From a virus: DNA of 64,000 nucleotides. Position numbers and translations under genes: made by a program. Under the pieces are notes generated by a model. That model was not told the origin of the DNA. It saw only the letters and a program-made list of their open reading frames with translations, and made no database searches. Below, in pieces: positions 37,913-47,662 of the stretch. The stretch is taken from positions 52,768 through 116,767 of the IMG/VR virus record IMGVR_UViG_3300027896_000017, one strand, 5' to 3'. Positions within the stretch are counted from its first letter, which is position 1. The number at the start of each line of letters is the position of its first letter.

Positions 37913-40006
37913 TTAAATAGAAGCACTTAAAGAGCGAGGAGGTTTAACTTCAGGTAAACGATTTACTATTCCAGGATCAGAATTTGCCCCTGCTGCTGAT
38001 GGCGGATCATCTGCCGTACTAGCACCCTGTGTATAAGTAGGTATTTGACCAGTAGCAATATTTTGAGGCGTAAGAGTTGGGGCAATGTCCGCTTCGATTA
38101 GATTCATTTCTTTTAAGTTGCGATAGACTTCTTCATAAAGACTGGGGGTGGAATTTTTCATAGCCAACATTCGTATTTTAAATTCTTCAGGATCAACTTT
38201 AGCCAATCTTGAAAATCTTTGGGTAAGTAATAAAATAAGATTAGGTACGGATATAGTTTGAGGGTCATGGCCTTTATTGACAGCCATATTCCCAACTTCC
38301 TGTTGAACCCCAGTAGCGTTTTGTTCAGAATTGATTTGTCTATCCTGATCGCGCTTAATTTGAGCCTCATTCTGGCTCACCTCAAGCCTTCTGGCCTGTT
38401 CTACCTGAGCATCTGCCCCATATAAGGCCTGAATTATTGTAGCGGCTCCTTGGGCTTCTGCCGACCCTTCAGCCTCTTTTATTTTAAGTTCTATTCTCTT
38501 GTCCAAATCATCTTCAATGCTTTTAAATTCCTTCTCTGGGTCAAGACCCAATTCCTTTTGAACCGTAGTTTTAGAAACTAAACTATCAGAATTAAGTTGT
38601 TCTGAAGCCTGTATCATAATTTTCTTTTTTTCCAAATCATCAGCCATCTTAAAATCAGACATTCTAAGAGATATTTTTGGTATATCCATAAATTTGGCTA
38701 TATTTTTAACAACAAATTCAAGCAATAAATGCATATCATTTCTATGATTAAGAAAAGAGTTTTCCACCACCCTTAAAGACACATTACTTCCAGACCAGGA
38801 TGCTCCACCACGTATGATTTCAGGTATCACGCCCATTCCTGTAATAATTGTGTTCTCAGTATCTCTGATTTCAGGAGAAATCATAAGAAGTCTGGCGTCA
38901 CCACTGAAGTTCTGCATCCCAAGCGGTATAGGAACAATAGATATATAGTTTGGATCTGAGCGCCAACGCCTGATTTCTTGTTCAACTTTAGCGCGCCAAT
39001 CACTTAAACTAATAGTAGCATGAGGGCTAACGTCGCCAACAGGCTGAGGAAATAAAATTCTTAAAGGAACGATATGATCAAAAGCGATCATTTCATTACC
39101 CTTTTTTAATACTTTTGTATGAAAAATATCTTTTAAAACAGCCATCACAGATGGGATGCCCCAGCCTCGTTCTGCAGGAACAATATATTGAGGACCTGAG
39201 CGTTTTAAATGAAAAACGTTATCAGCCATTAATTTTAATTGTTTACGTTTTTCAACAGCACTAATAATTTCAAGTCTTGTGCTATTAATAATATCCATAT
39301 CACCGCGACGTATAGCAAATTGCAAATCTGGCGGTATTGTATAATAATAAAAATGATCTCCAGTAATAGAGTTATATTTAATATCAAGATAAAGCAAATC
39401 CCAATGCACCAAGCCTAATTTACTTATTTCTTTTGTATTAACATCACGGGCTTCCATTTCACCAACATAACCGCATTTTTTATCAGGGCATTTAGCTTTA
39501 AATTTAAAGTTTTCAAATTTTACTTGAAGCCCATCAGTAGTATATTGTTTTTTACAAAGCGGACATTTTAACATTCTTTTAAACGGATAATTAATAGATA
39601 TTAAAGAATTGCCATAAGCGTGATAATCCATGCCGCACTGTTTCAATGATTTTAAAATATTCATTGAATTTTCAAGAATATTTTTCCATTTTTCTACTGT
39701 TTTATCGTCCTTTATTTTAGTCTCGCCCTCATCGTCGCCATAAATAAGAGAAGTAATGGGATATTCGGACATTTTGGTAATACACTGAGAAAGCAGTCCA
39801 TCGCTTACTACATATGCTGCGATAAATTTTAATATACCTTTAATAGTGCGAGGGATAAACGTACTGGTCATATCAAGAAAAGGCGAATCATAACGTATAG
39901 ATCCTCTTGAAAAAGAAACCTGAACGTTATTACCGGCCCCGCCAATTCCTTGACCACTCTCAGGTGAGGTTATTGAGGTTCCACCAATATCATCAAATTG
40001 TCCCAT
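37913..40006 (-). CDS. Probable portal protein with a Zn-ribbon insertion (697 aa)
   Basis: Portal-like pattern (DYHAYGNSLI, VFHLK, WGIPSV..VLKD, TGMGVIPEII, VSKTTVQKELG); CPLC...CPDKKC insert. Confidence 0.6.
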   Translation of the reverse strand: MGQFDDIGGTSITSPESGQGIGGAGNNVQVSFSRGSIRYDSPFLDMTSTFIPRTIKGILKFIAAYVVSDGLLSQCITKMSEYPITSLIYGDDEGETKIKDDKTVEKWKNILENSMNILKSLKQCGMDYHAYGNSLISINYPFKRMLKCPLCKKQYTTDGLQVKFENFKFKAKCPDKKCGYVGEMEARDVNTKEISKLGLVHWDLLYLDIKYNSITGDHFYYYTIPPDLQFAIRRGDMDIINSTRLEIISAVEKRKQLKLMADNVFHLKRSGPQYIVPAERGWGIPSVMAVLKDIFHTKVLKKGNEMIAFDHIVPLRILFPQPVGDVSPHATISLSDWRAKVEQEIRRWRSDPNYISIVPIPLGMQNFSGDARLLMISPEIRDTENTIITGMGVIPEIIRGGASWSGSNVSLRVVENSFLNHRNDMHLLLEFVVKNIAKFMDIPKISLRMSDFKMADDLEKKKIMIQASEQLNSDSLVSKTTVQKELGLDPEKEFKSIEDDLDKRIELKIKEAEGSAEAQGAATIIQALYGADAQVEQARRLEVSQNEAQIKRDQDRQINSEQNATGVQQEVGNMAVNKGHDPQTISVPNLILLLTQRFSRLAKVDPEEFKIRMLAMKNSTPSLYEEVYRNLKEMNLIEADIAPTLTPQNIATGQIPTYTQGASTADDPPSAAGANSDPGIVNRLPEVKPPRSLSASI

Positions 40007-40017
40007 GATTACTCCTT

Positions 40018-40764
40018 TTAGGATCCATATGCAGCCGCAGATGCTTCTGCACTTAATAGCCGCCTTGCCTGAACATCAATAATATTATCTTCGATATTAA
40101 TATTTTCACCTTTGACCAATTGGCTGAATCGCTCTAAAATTTTTGGCCATTGATCCTTCATATCTTGTGATACTGTTGCGCCTATTCTATCTTTAATCAT
40201 ATCCATAAGCGAAGGCGGGGGAGTGTAAATACCATCATCGTTTAATAAAACACAAATATACCTAATAATATCTCCACCAAATTTTCCTTCTCTATCAGGT
40301 CTGATATAATTCATCATTTTAACTGCATTAATAGCCATTCCTGGAGATGGTTTTTTTAAACATTCAAAATCAGCCATTGCTCCAGAAAATGCTAAAGCCA
40401 ACTGGTTAAATTCATACCAATCAAAAAATGCTCTATCACTATTGCATAAATGACGTATTGCAAAAACCTTTTCTCTATTTAACCCTTCTAACACAACAGC
40501 ATAATGTATCCATAATACATGTTCAATAGTTTCAGTTTCCCATTCCCACCAATTCGGACTTAAATTTTTATTTAAAAAATCATAAATAAACTCAACAGAA
40601 CTTTTTTCATTATTAAAAACAGTATTGAAATTAACTATTCTTTCGTTCGGTTTTGCAGTAGAATTTTTAATTCTATCATTAATTTCATTTTTTATTTTTT
40701 CAACCTCATCTTTATTGCCCGATATTTCAGCATCATAAAGAGCGGTTGATAATTTTGTGGCCAT
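40018..40764 (-). CDS. Hypothetical virion-module protein (248 aa)
   Basis: ORF adjacent to the portal-like gene. Confidence 0.7.
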   Translation of the reverse strand: MATKLSTALYDAEISGNKDEVEKIKNEINDRIKNSTAKPNERIVNFNTVFNNEKSSVEFIYDFLNKNLSPNWWEWETETIEHVLWIHYAVVLEGLNREKVFAIRHLCNSDRAFFDWYEFNQLALAFSGAMADFECLKKPSPGMAINAVKMMNYIRPDREGKFGGDIIRYICVLLNDDGIYTPPPSLMDMIKDRIGATVSQDMKDQWPKILERFSQLVKGENINIEDNIIDVQARRLLSAEASAAAYGS

Positions 40765-40766
40765 AG

Positions 40767-41435
40767 TTATCTCTCAAGAACTTTAAGAAATACTTCTTTT
40801 TCTATAGAACTCATTCCTTTAACTACCCCTGCCGGATCGTTGATAAATTCTTTTTTAGTTTTAACATCAAGATATTCGCCCACTTTTTTAAACTCACCGG
40901 ATAAATCGGAGGCTATTTTTTTTAAATCATTTTCAGTATAATCACCGATAATTTTATCAGAATCAAAATTAGAATGATTAAGACTGCCAAAAACAGTCAT
41001 AATAGGATCTAATATCGATTTATCCCATTGATATTCTAAACCGGCCAGTTTATCAAACTCAAAAATTGAATCTACTGTGGTGTAGGCGCTTTGATTAGAT
41101 GCTGCTGTTTTTATTTTATCTATCAATTCGTTCGTATTAACATTTTTATCATTAATTTTAATATCCTTATTAACACAGGCGTGTTTGCGCATATCCATAT
41201 TTTTTTCAAAATCAGGAGATACGGATGAGCGATTCAGCATTGGTCTGGAATAATTTTTAATCCAGTCATAATCCAGATTAATTCGCAAATCACTTGCGCG
41301 TTTTTCAATAGCGGTGGCAAATGCGGATCGTTCTCTTGGATGAAATCTGGGAAGATAACGATCAAGATAGGCTGCTGTTTTTACGAGTTGATCTTTTGTT
41401 TCAATTGGATATTTCCCTTTAAGAGCATAATTCAT
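40767..41435 (-). CDS. Hypothetical protein rich in K-x-A motifs (~222 aa)
   Basis: AAGGAG RBS before MNYALK. Confidence 0.7.
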   Translation of the reverse strand: MNYALKGKYPIETKDQLVKTAAYLDRYLPRFHPRERSAFATAIEKRASDLRINLDYDWIKNYSRPMLNRSSVSPDFEKNMDMRKHACVNKDIKINDKNVNTNELIDKIKTAASNQSAYTTVDSIFEFDKLAGLEYQWDKSILDPIMTVFGSLNHSNFDSDKIIGDYTENDLKKIASDLSGEFKKVGEYLDVKTKKEFINDPAGVVKGMSSIEKEVFLKVLER

Positions 41436-41457
41436 ATACGTTCTCCTTTTATTTAAT

Positions 41458-42351
41458 TTATGTTGACCAGCCAATACATATTCCACCACTAAACGAAAGT
41501 TTTTTCGCTAATCCAGTAGTATCCGCGATGCCTGATACGCCAACATTTTCAGCCGCACTAAATCCTGAACCAGAAACAGTCCCAGTGCATGTTAAACTCC
41601 CGCCTATAGCGGCATTTAATTGAACAATAAGAGTTTTAATTGTTGCTATGGCTGTTCGAGCGTCTAATGTTGATAAAAATGTTCCAACATCAGCCGTTAA
41701 ACTATCTTTTACTACAATATTTTCAAAAACAGAATCTAAACCAGTAGCAATTCCTCGAACGGAAGTTGATTCTACACTTGTAACGGATCCGGAACTTGTT
41801 ATTACTTTTCCTAAATAAACACAATCGTCAGGATCTGGTTCTGGTAATGCATCGGTTGGCGATCGTATAATTATACTATCAACTACTTCATTAACTTGAT
41901 TCCCTTTAGAAGCAGCCAAATCATCATATACTATATTCTCTGGAGTTCCATTAGAAACAAAACCAGTTTTCTTTCCTTCAGGATATATATCCCCATCTAA
42001 AGTATCAAGAATATGTTTTAAATAAATGTAAGTGGTGGTGTTTCCAGGGACGGTAACTTTTAATTCTGACTCAACAACAATAATGTCCCCATTTGGTGTT
42101 ACCGCCAACCCCGAACCAACATTAATATATAAACCTGAAGCGGGTTTAGTTAAAATTAATCCATTAACAACTCTTCCAAAACCAATAGCATCACCCACTA
42201 TCCCTTTGTTCGTGCGACGTATATTAGCCATCATGGCCGATTGAACAGACCATGGAGTAATTCCTTTAACATTACCTTCGGTGCCGTAATCTGTACCAAA
42301 GATTTCATTTAATCGTTGCTTTAAACCATTTTTAATATTGACTCGTCTCAT
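41458..42351 (-). CDS. Virion structural protein (297 aa)
   Basis: INVGSGLAVTPNGDII and VYLGKV patterns seen in tail/baseplate proteins; beta-rich C-terminus. Confidence 0.5.
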   Translation of the reverse strand: MRRVNIKNGLKQRLNEIFGTDYGTEGNVKGITPWSVQSAMMANIRRTNKGIVGDAIGFGRVVNGLILTKPASGLYINVGSGLAVTPNGDIIVVESELKVTVPGNTTTYIYLKHILDTLDGDIYPEGKKTGFVSNGTPENIVYDDLAASKGNQVNEVVDSIIIRSPTDALPEPDPDDCVYLGKVITSSGSVTSVESTSVRGIATGLDSVFENIVVKDSLTADVGTFLSTLDARTAIATIKTLIVQLNAAIGGSLTCTGTVSGSGFSAAENVGVSGIADTTGLAKKLSFSGGICIGWST

Positions 42352-42352
42352 T

Positions 42353-42784
42353 TTATTTTCCTTTGCTTAATTCATCAATATCGATCTGAGGCAGAGTTTT
42401 GGATGTAGATCCTGCCATATCGATTTTTGCTTGTGAATTATTATTATTATTAAGAGAATCTTGCCCAGCAAGCACAGGCTCAGGCAATTGATAAGCCAAA
42501 CACCATTCATCTATATTTTCTTTAGGAAGTTGTTCGGCTATTAGTTCTGATAACGTATTTACGGAACCTATAAATTGATTTAACTTTGACCTGGATTCAT
42601 TGATAAATTTCTGAGCCTTTTTCATTTCTTCACTTAGACCTGAAGCCATAGAATCATATGATTCAAGTTTTTCAAAAAGTTTTATAGAAGATTCCGGTCT
42701 TAATTCTTTTTTGCCCATTAAATAAGCTACAGCAACAAGACTTCTTTGAGTAGGATTTAATACTACAAGCTGTTCACGAGTCAT
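42353..42784 (-). CDS. Coiled-coil hypothetical protein (143 aa)
   Basis: GGAGGG RBS. Confidence 0.65.
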   Translation of the reverse strand: MTREQLVVLNPTQRSLVAVAYLMGKKELRPESSIKLFEKLESYDSMASGLSEEMKKAQKFINESRSKLNQFIGSVNTLSELIAEQLPKENIDEWCLAYQLPEPVLAGQDSLNNNNNSQAKIDMAGSTSKTLPQIDIDELSKGK

Positions 42785-42819
42785 AAATCACCCTCCTGTT
42801 AATTGTTAGTGGCCACCCA

Positions 42820-43917
42820 TTAACTAACCGTATTACTATAATTATACAATTCAGTTGCATTGTTTTGGACTGAAATATTTTCAAATACGGAAAAGCGCTG
42901 ATTAACATCCTCATTAATATCCATTATATTAGAAAACATTCCATCATAAGCATATATTCTAAAAATTTTAGGAGTAGGACTGGATCCTATATTTCCAGAA
43001 ATAAATCTTGAACTTCTCCATTTTTCCAGACCCATAGATTTATTTGCTGTTCCTTCAGATATATTATTTATAATGCCATACCATTCAATATATTCGCTAT
43101 CATTTTGTATAATTAATTTAAGAATATCTCCTATTGAAGCGTGGTTTGATAATTCTACAATATATCCTGGAGACAGTTCTGAAATAGTTATATTATTGCT
43201 ATCAGTTATAGTGATAATTATAGACATATCTATAGGCCCGGTAGCCGGTGAAATATATTTAGGATTATTGGCTACAATAGAATAATAATCAAGAGGTATC
43301 ACAAGTCTTGAATCTTTATAAAATCTAATAGCAGGAACTCCTGCCCAGCGTATTCTTTTATAAAAATTAGAAAAAATAGTTATAGGAGCAAAGTATTCTA
43401 TATCAAATCTAGAAATAGTCAATCTGGAATCGGCGCTTAAATTAAAAAACTCTCGTATATACGGCAGTTCAAAATAAGGATCATTCACATAATATGGAAC
43501 TAAGTTTTGATCATAAATTGGAAAAGTATTTCCATATTGATATATATCTATAAGTTGTGATTCTAATTGAATAAAACCATAAAAATTATTCAATTTTTTA
43601 GAATTAACTAAATCATTAAAAAGAGAAATTTCGGATGTATCATAATTTTCTTTATTGGCCTTAAAACATTGTATTTTTCCACTATCAGGGGAATGTATTA
43701 TTCTGGATATTTTTATACCTGATTCATAAATATCATAAATACCATTAGGAGCCGGTTTAGAAACAAAATATCCATCATCATCGGATTGAATAGTATCAAC
43801 AATATAGGCGCCATTGGGAGTAGGCTGTTTAATAATTACCGTAGCATTTCTTAAAATATTACCAGCACTATCGGACACGTGGCCTTCAATGGATTTAGAT
43901 CTTAAATTAGCAACCAT
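42820..43917 (-). CDS. Virion protein with an N-terminal carboxypeptidase-regulatory-like beta-sandwich (365 aa)
   Basis: IEGHVSDSAGNILRNATV...SDDDGYF...GIYDI. Confidence 0.55.
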   Translation of the reverse strand: MVANLRSKSIEGHVSDSAGNILRNATVIIKQPTPNGAYIVDTIQSDDDGYFVSKPAPNGIYDIYESGIKISRIIHSPDSGKIQCFKANKENYDTSEISLFNDLVNSKKLNNFYGFIQLESQLIDIYQYGNTFPIYDQNLVPYYVNDPYFELPYIREFFNLSADSRLTISRFDIEYFAPITIFSNFYKRIRWAGVPAIRFYKDSRLVIPLDYYSIVANNPKYISPATGPIDMSIIITITDSNNITISELSPGYIVELSNHASIGDILKLIIQNDSEYIEWYGIINNISEGTANKSMGLEKWRSSRFISGNIGSSPTPKIFRIYAYDGMFSNIMDINEDVNQRFSVFENISVQNNATELYNYSNTVS

Positions 43918-43931
43918 TAGTAGCTCCTTAA

Positions 43932-46900
43932 TTATTTAGATACAAATTTAAAATAAGTCATGCCAAACCTTCTAGTAACTTCAAGTATAATATTTTTTTC
44001 AAAATCAAAGCCTTCATCAAAGGTTACTATTTCACCATCATAAGAAGCCCATGGAAAATTCATCCATTTATTAACAGCCTCGGCTTCTACTTCTTCATTC
44101 CCCCATAAATATTGTATCGTACTCTCATTATCATTTGTATAAGAAATTGGATATTTCTTTCTTTTAAGAACCCTGATTCTTAAATATATTTTTTTATTTT
44201 CATCAATAAATCGCTCTAAATCAGTGGGGGCTCCCTCAATATTACTTATATTAGATCTGATATCGATATATCTTGAAATAAGATTACCCGCGATCCCTTG
44301 CACGACCAGGCTGGTATATAATTGAAAAGACGTATTTTTATTCATTTGTTTTTGAGGATAACATATAGCAAATTGCCCATAATCTGAAGCCTCGATATTT
44401 CCGCTATCTATTGATGGCATGACGCCCATGGTAGCTGGATTATAATATATATACGCTTTATAATCTAAAGCCTCAGCTTTAATATAACAAATATGATATG
44501 TTTTATTTAACCTGGTATCAAATAATACTAAATTAGATTTACCATTAATGATATCGTTGGGTTCTCCAAAATGAACATAATCAGGAATTTTTTGATGAAG
44601 ATCTTTTAAATATTTTAATTGTACCGAATAAATTAAAACGTCTTCAAAAAGTGCGCTTTCTGGTTGTAATGAACCTTTATCTACATACAAATAATCTAAA
44701 ATATGAAGGCCAGCCACCTTATCAGTATTTGAATTAACCGGAGAAACCGGTCTCCAGTTTTCGCCTCTTATAACATCAAGTTTGGATTTATTATCCCACA
44801 TTTCAATTACAATATCAGAAGAAGAATCTAATGAAGTTAAATCGTTATTTAAAATAGTATTTATATTTTCAGTATTTAAATCGGGCGTTGCGTTAACCAT
44901 TGAATTGGCAAAACCTGAAAACATTCCACACAACCATCTTTTCATATCTGGAATTGAAGCGTTATCTTTTTGTTGTAGTGTAAAATTATTAAATAACGCT
45001 GATGTATTGATTTCACATATATATGAAGGGTTTTCATTATTAATATAAGAAAGCAATCTACTTTCAGCAAATTTCCATTTTCTATTATCGATTAATCCAA
45101 CCACTTTAATATCTTTAGAAAAATATTGTTCTTCATTATCTTCTAAAACTCGTATATCATAAGTGCCGTATTTCCTAAATTCTGATAAGTCTTTTCCTGG
45201 TTTAGTTATTGCAATAAGAGCAAATTGATTATTAACCCATACCAAAGATGCCGGATATACAATAAAATTTTTTTGTGTTTCAATTATATTATTCATACCG
45301 CCACCAGAATTATAAGGCAAGGTTTTTATAATTCCTGAATCGGCGTATTGTGTTAATATATTATGCATTCCAAATGAATCGTCCGCAAAAGGAACATGGC
45401 GGCTATTTGCTTTGTTGTATCGTTTTGCATTCCCTGATCCAAATGCCTCCCACGATCCAGCTGGAATATATGATAATTTTTTTAATATCCATGTTTCTTT
45501 ATAATCAGAAAAATTAGATAACAATCTTTCTGTATATGAACCTGGGCAATATGGAAATTCAATATTATAAATAGTTTCATATCCGCCATCTTTAGAACGA
45601 GATGTTCTAAAAGAATTGTTTTTTTCAACTATTTTTATATATCCATTAATACCGGAAAGTTTAATCATTGGATAAATTTTTTCATATTGTCTGGACGAAT
45701 AAATACCAGTCCTGGTGAGAGCTGTGGTAAAATCATATTCATTATTAGCTATGGGATCCATTCCACCGCCCTCTAAGGCTTTAGGGGCGTTTATTGGATA
45801 ATAATTGGAACAATATATATTAAGATAATTTTTAACACTTATTTCTAAACCATTAGTAATTGTTTTAGATATAAAACCTAGTCCATTAATTTTTATAACA
45901 GCGTCAGGCGTCGTAATTGGAGTTGAAGTATATTTATCCGCATATTTTGATATTGAAATAGGCAGTCTATAAACTGAATGATTGCCTTGACCAACTATCC
46001 CCAAAGTAGACGTCGTAGGTATCGTAACAGGTGCAGATGTTGTGATTGTAGTGGTAGTAGGAGTTACGATGTCGCGACCTATTAAATCATCAACACAGTC
46101 GTCCTGCCTTTTAAAAAAATTATCAATACTACCTCCAAATTTATTATAATAATCACTTTCTGTTAGTATATAATTATATTTATTTAATGGGTCATTTATA
46201 GTAAAAGTTTCAATGATATCAGTATTATAATCTTCTAATTGTATTAATTTATCTATTTCATTAATCATATTTTTAGAAGACTTAATTTTTAAAAAGATAT
46301 CCGGATTATTATAAAAATCGGATTCACTGGCAAATTTAACAGGATCACCATTACTATTAACAAACATATATCCAACAACTTCTCCACCACACATCGGAAC
46401 TGTTGTAAAATAAGGCTCGGTCATTACTACGGCAGAATGTCTTCTATTTCTTTCCGTATCAATATCAATTCCAGAATATAAATATTTGCCATCCACTTTT
46501 TTATGTACAATAAATTGATGAGAAGCGCTGCCTGGAGGAGCAAAAGGCTCGCCAGCATCAGGTTTATTTAACATATGTTTACAAACATTATATACAATTC
46601 TTGATTGATCATTTATCTCATCAGGAATCGAGCCGCTATTAAAAGTCATTTGGCCAGATCGCAGATGCGGTTCTCCCATGCGACTACCCCAATTGGCTAT
46701 TACTTTAGCTGGCTCAAAAATACCATTACGAATAATATTTGGAAAAAACATTACAAAAGAATTCCATTCTTCAGGATATATTGACTGCCACTTTTCAGGA
46801 TGATTTTCATCAGTTTCATAAAAATTAACTACACCATAATAAGGTGTATAACCTTGATTATAATAATGTATCGTATCGTTATAATAATCAATCCACTCGT

Positions 46901-47660
46901 TCTGTTGGGTAAAATAAGCATACCTGGGATTGCATATATTTATTTTTACATCAAATAATCTAACTATATCTATAGTAGAAGGGTCCCCAGTAAATATATG
47001 TTGAAATATTTCATAATGAGCTTCGTTGGGATCAAATAAATCCTCTTGGTACGCATTAATATCAACAGAGGCTTTATTTAATTCAAGAGTATTGGTTATA
47101 CTCCAAGGATATGCAAAATAATATCTATCATAAAATTTAGCCTTACCTAAAGCACCAGTATTATCAGCATCATCTAAATGAATTAAATAACCCGACACAC
47201 AAAATGCCGGCGCTCTCCAGAATTCATGTTTATAATCGAATATTGTAGTTTTTTCGTCTATAGAAACCCTCTGTTTATCAGAAACATTAAAATATTCTAT
47301 CATATCAGATTCGGACCCTTTATTAGAAATAATAGAATATTGTTTTTTAGTTAATTCAAAAGTATTGGGAGCAAATTTTTGCCTTTGTATAAGAGAAAAG
47401 AAATCATAATTTTCATATATTCGAGTTACGTTTCCAAACTCCTGATAAAATATTTCCTGATCGCTAAAAAAAGATATATAACAAGAATGTGGATTCATCG
47501 TATTATTAAGTGGTGATTTATGAATAAAATCAGCAATCCACGCATAATAATCAGACGAATAACCTTTAGCGATATCGCTGGCTATAAATTTATTATCTTC
47601 AAAAAAGCTAGCAATAGCCTTTTGTTGTTGGGTTGTTTTTTGTGAATTAATAAGTTTCAT
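43932..47660 (-). CDS. Large putative virion protein (1242 aa)
   Basis: Long ORF in the structural block; internal Thr/Pro linker. Confidence 0.65.
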   Translation of the reverse strand: MKLINSQKTTQQQKAIASFFEDNKFIASDIAKGYSSDYYAWIADFIHKSPLNNTMNPHSCYISFFSDQEIFYQEFGNVTRIYENYDFFSLIQRQKFAPNTFELTKKQYSIISNKGSESDMIEYFNVSDKQRVSIDEKTTIFDYKHEFWRAPAFCVSGYLIHLDDADNTGALGKAKFYDRYYFAYPWSITNTLELNKASVDINAYQEDLFDPNEAHYEIFQHIFTGDPSTIDIVRLFDVKINICNPRYAYFTQQNEWIDYYNDTIHYYNQGYTPYYGVVNFYETDENHPEKWQSIYPEEWNSFVMFFPNIIRNGIFEPAKVIANWGSRMGEPHLRSGQMTFNSGSIPDEINDQSRIVYNVCKHMLNKPDAGEPFAPPGSASHQFIVHKKVDGKYLYSGIDIDTERNRRHSAVVMTEPYFTTVPMCGGEVVGYMFVNSNGDPVKFASESDFYNNPDIFLKIKSSKNMINEIDKLIQLEDYNTDIIETFTINDPLNKYNYILTESDYYNKFGGSIDNFFKRQDDCVDDLIGRDIVTPTTTTITTSAPVTIPTTSTLGIVGQGNHSVYRLPISISKYADKYTSTPITTPDAVIKINGLGFISKTITNGLEISVKNYLNIYCSNYYPINAPKALEGGGMDPIANNEYDFTTALTRTGIYSSRQYEKIYPMIKLSGINGYIKIVEKNNSFRTSRSKDGGYETIYNIEFPYCPGSYTERLLSNFSDYKETWILKKLSYIPAGSWEAFGSGNAKRYNKANSRHVPFADDSFGMHNILTQYADSGIIKTLPYNSGGGMNNIIETQKNFIVYPASLVWVNNQFALIAITKPGKDLSEFRKYGTYDIRVLEDNEEQYFSKDIKVVGLIDNRKWKFAESRLLSYINNENPSYICEINTSALFNNFTLQQKDNASIPDMKRWLCGMFSGFANSMVNATPDLNTENINTILNNDLTSLDSSSDIVIEMWDNKSKLDVIRGENWRPVSPVNSNTDKVAGLHILDYLYVDKGSLQPESALFEDVLIYSVQLKYLKDLHQKIPDYVHFGEPNDIINGKSNLVLFDTRLNKTYHICYIKAEALDYKAYIYYNPATMGVMPSIDSGNIEASDYGQFAICYPQKQMNKNTSFQLYTSLVVQGIAGNLISRYIDIRSNISNIEGAPTDLERFIDENKKIYLRIRVLKRKKYPISYTNDNESTIQYLWGNEEVEAEAVNKWMNFPWASYDGEIVTFDEGFDFEKNIILEVTRRFGMTYFKFVSK

Positions 47661-47662
47661 AA

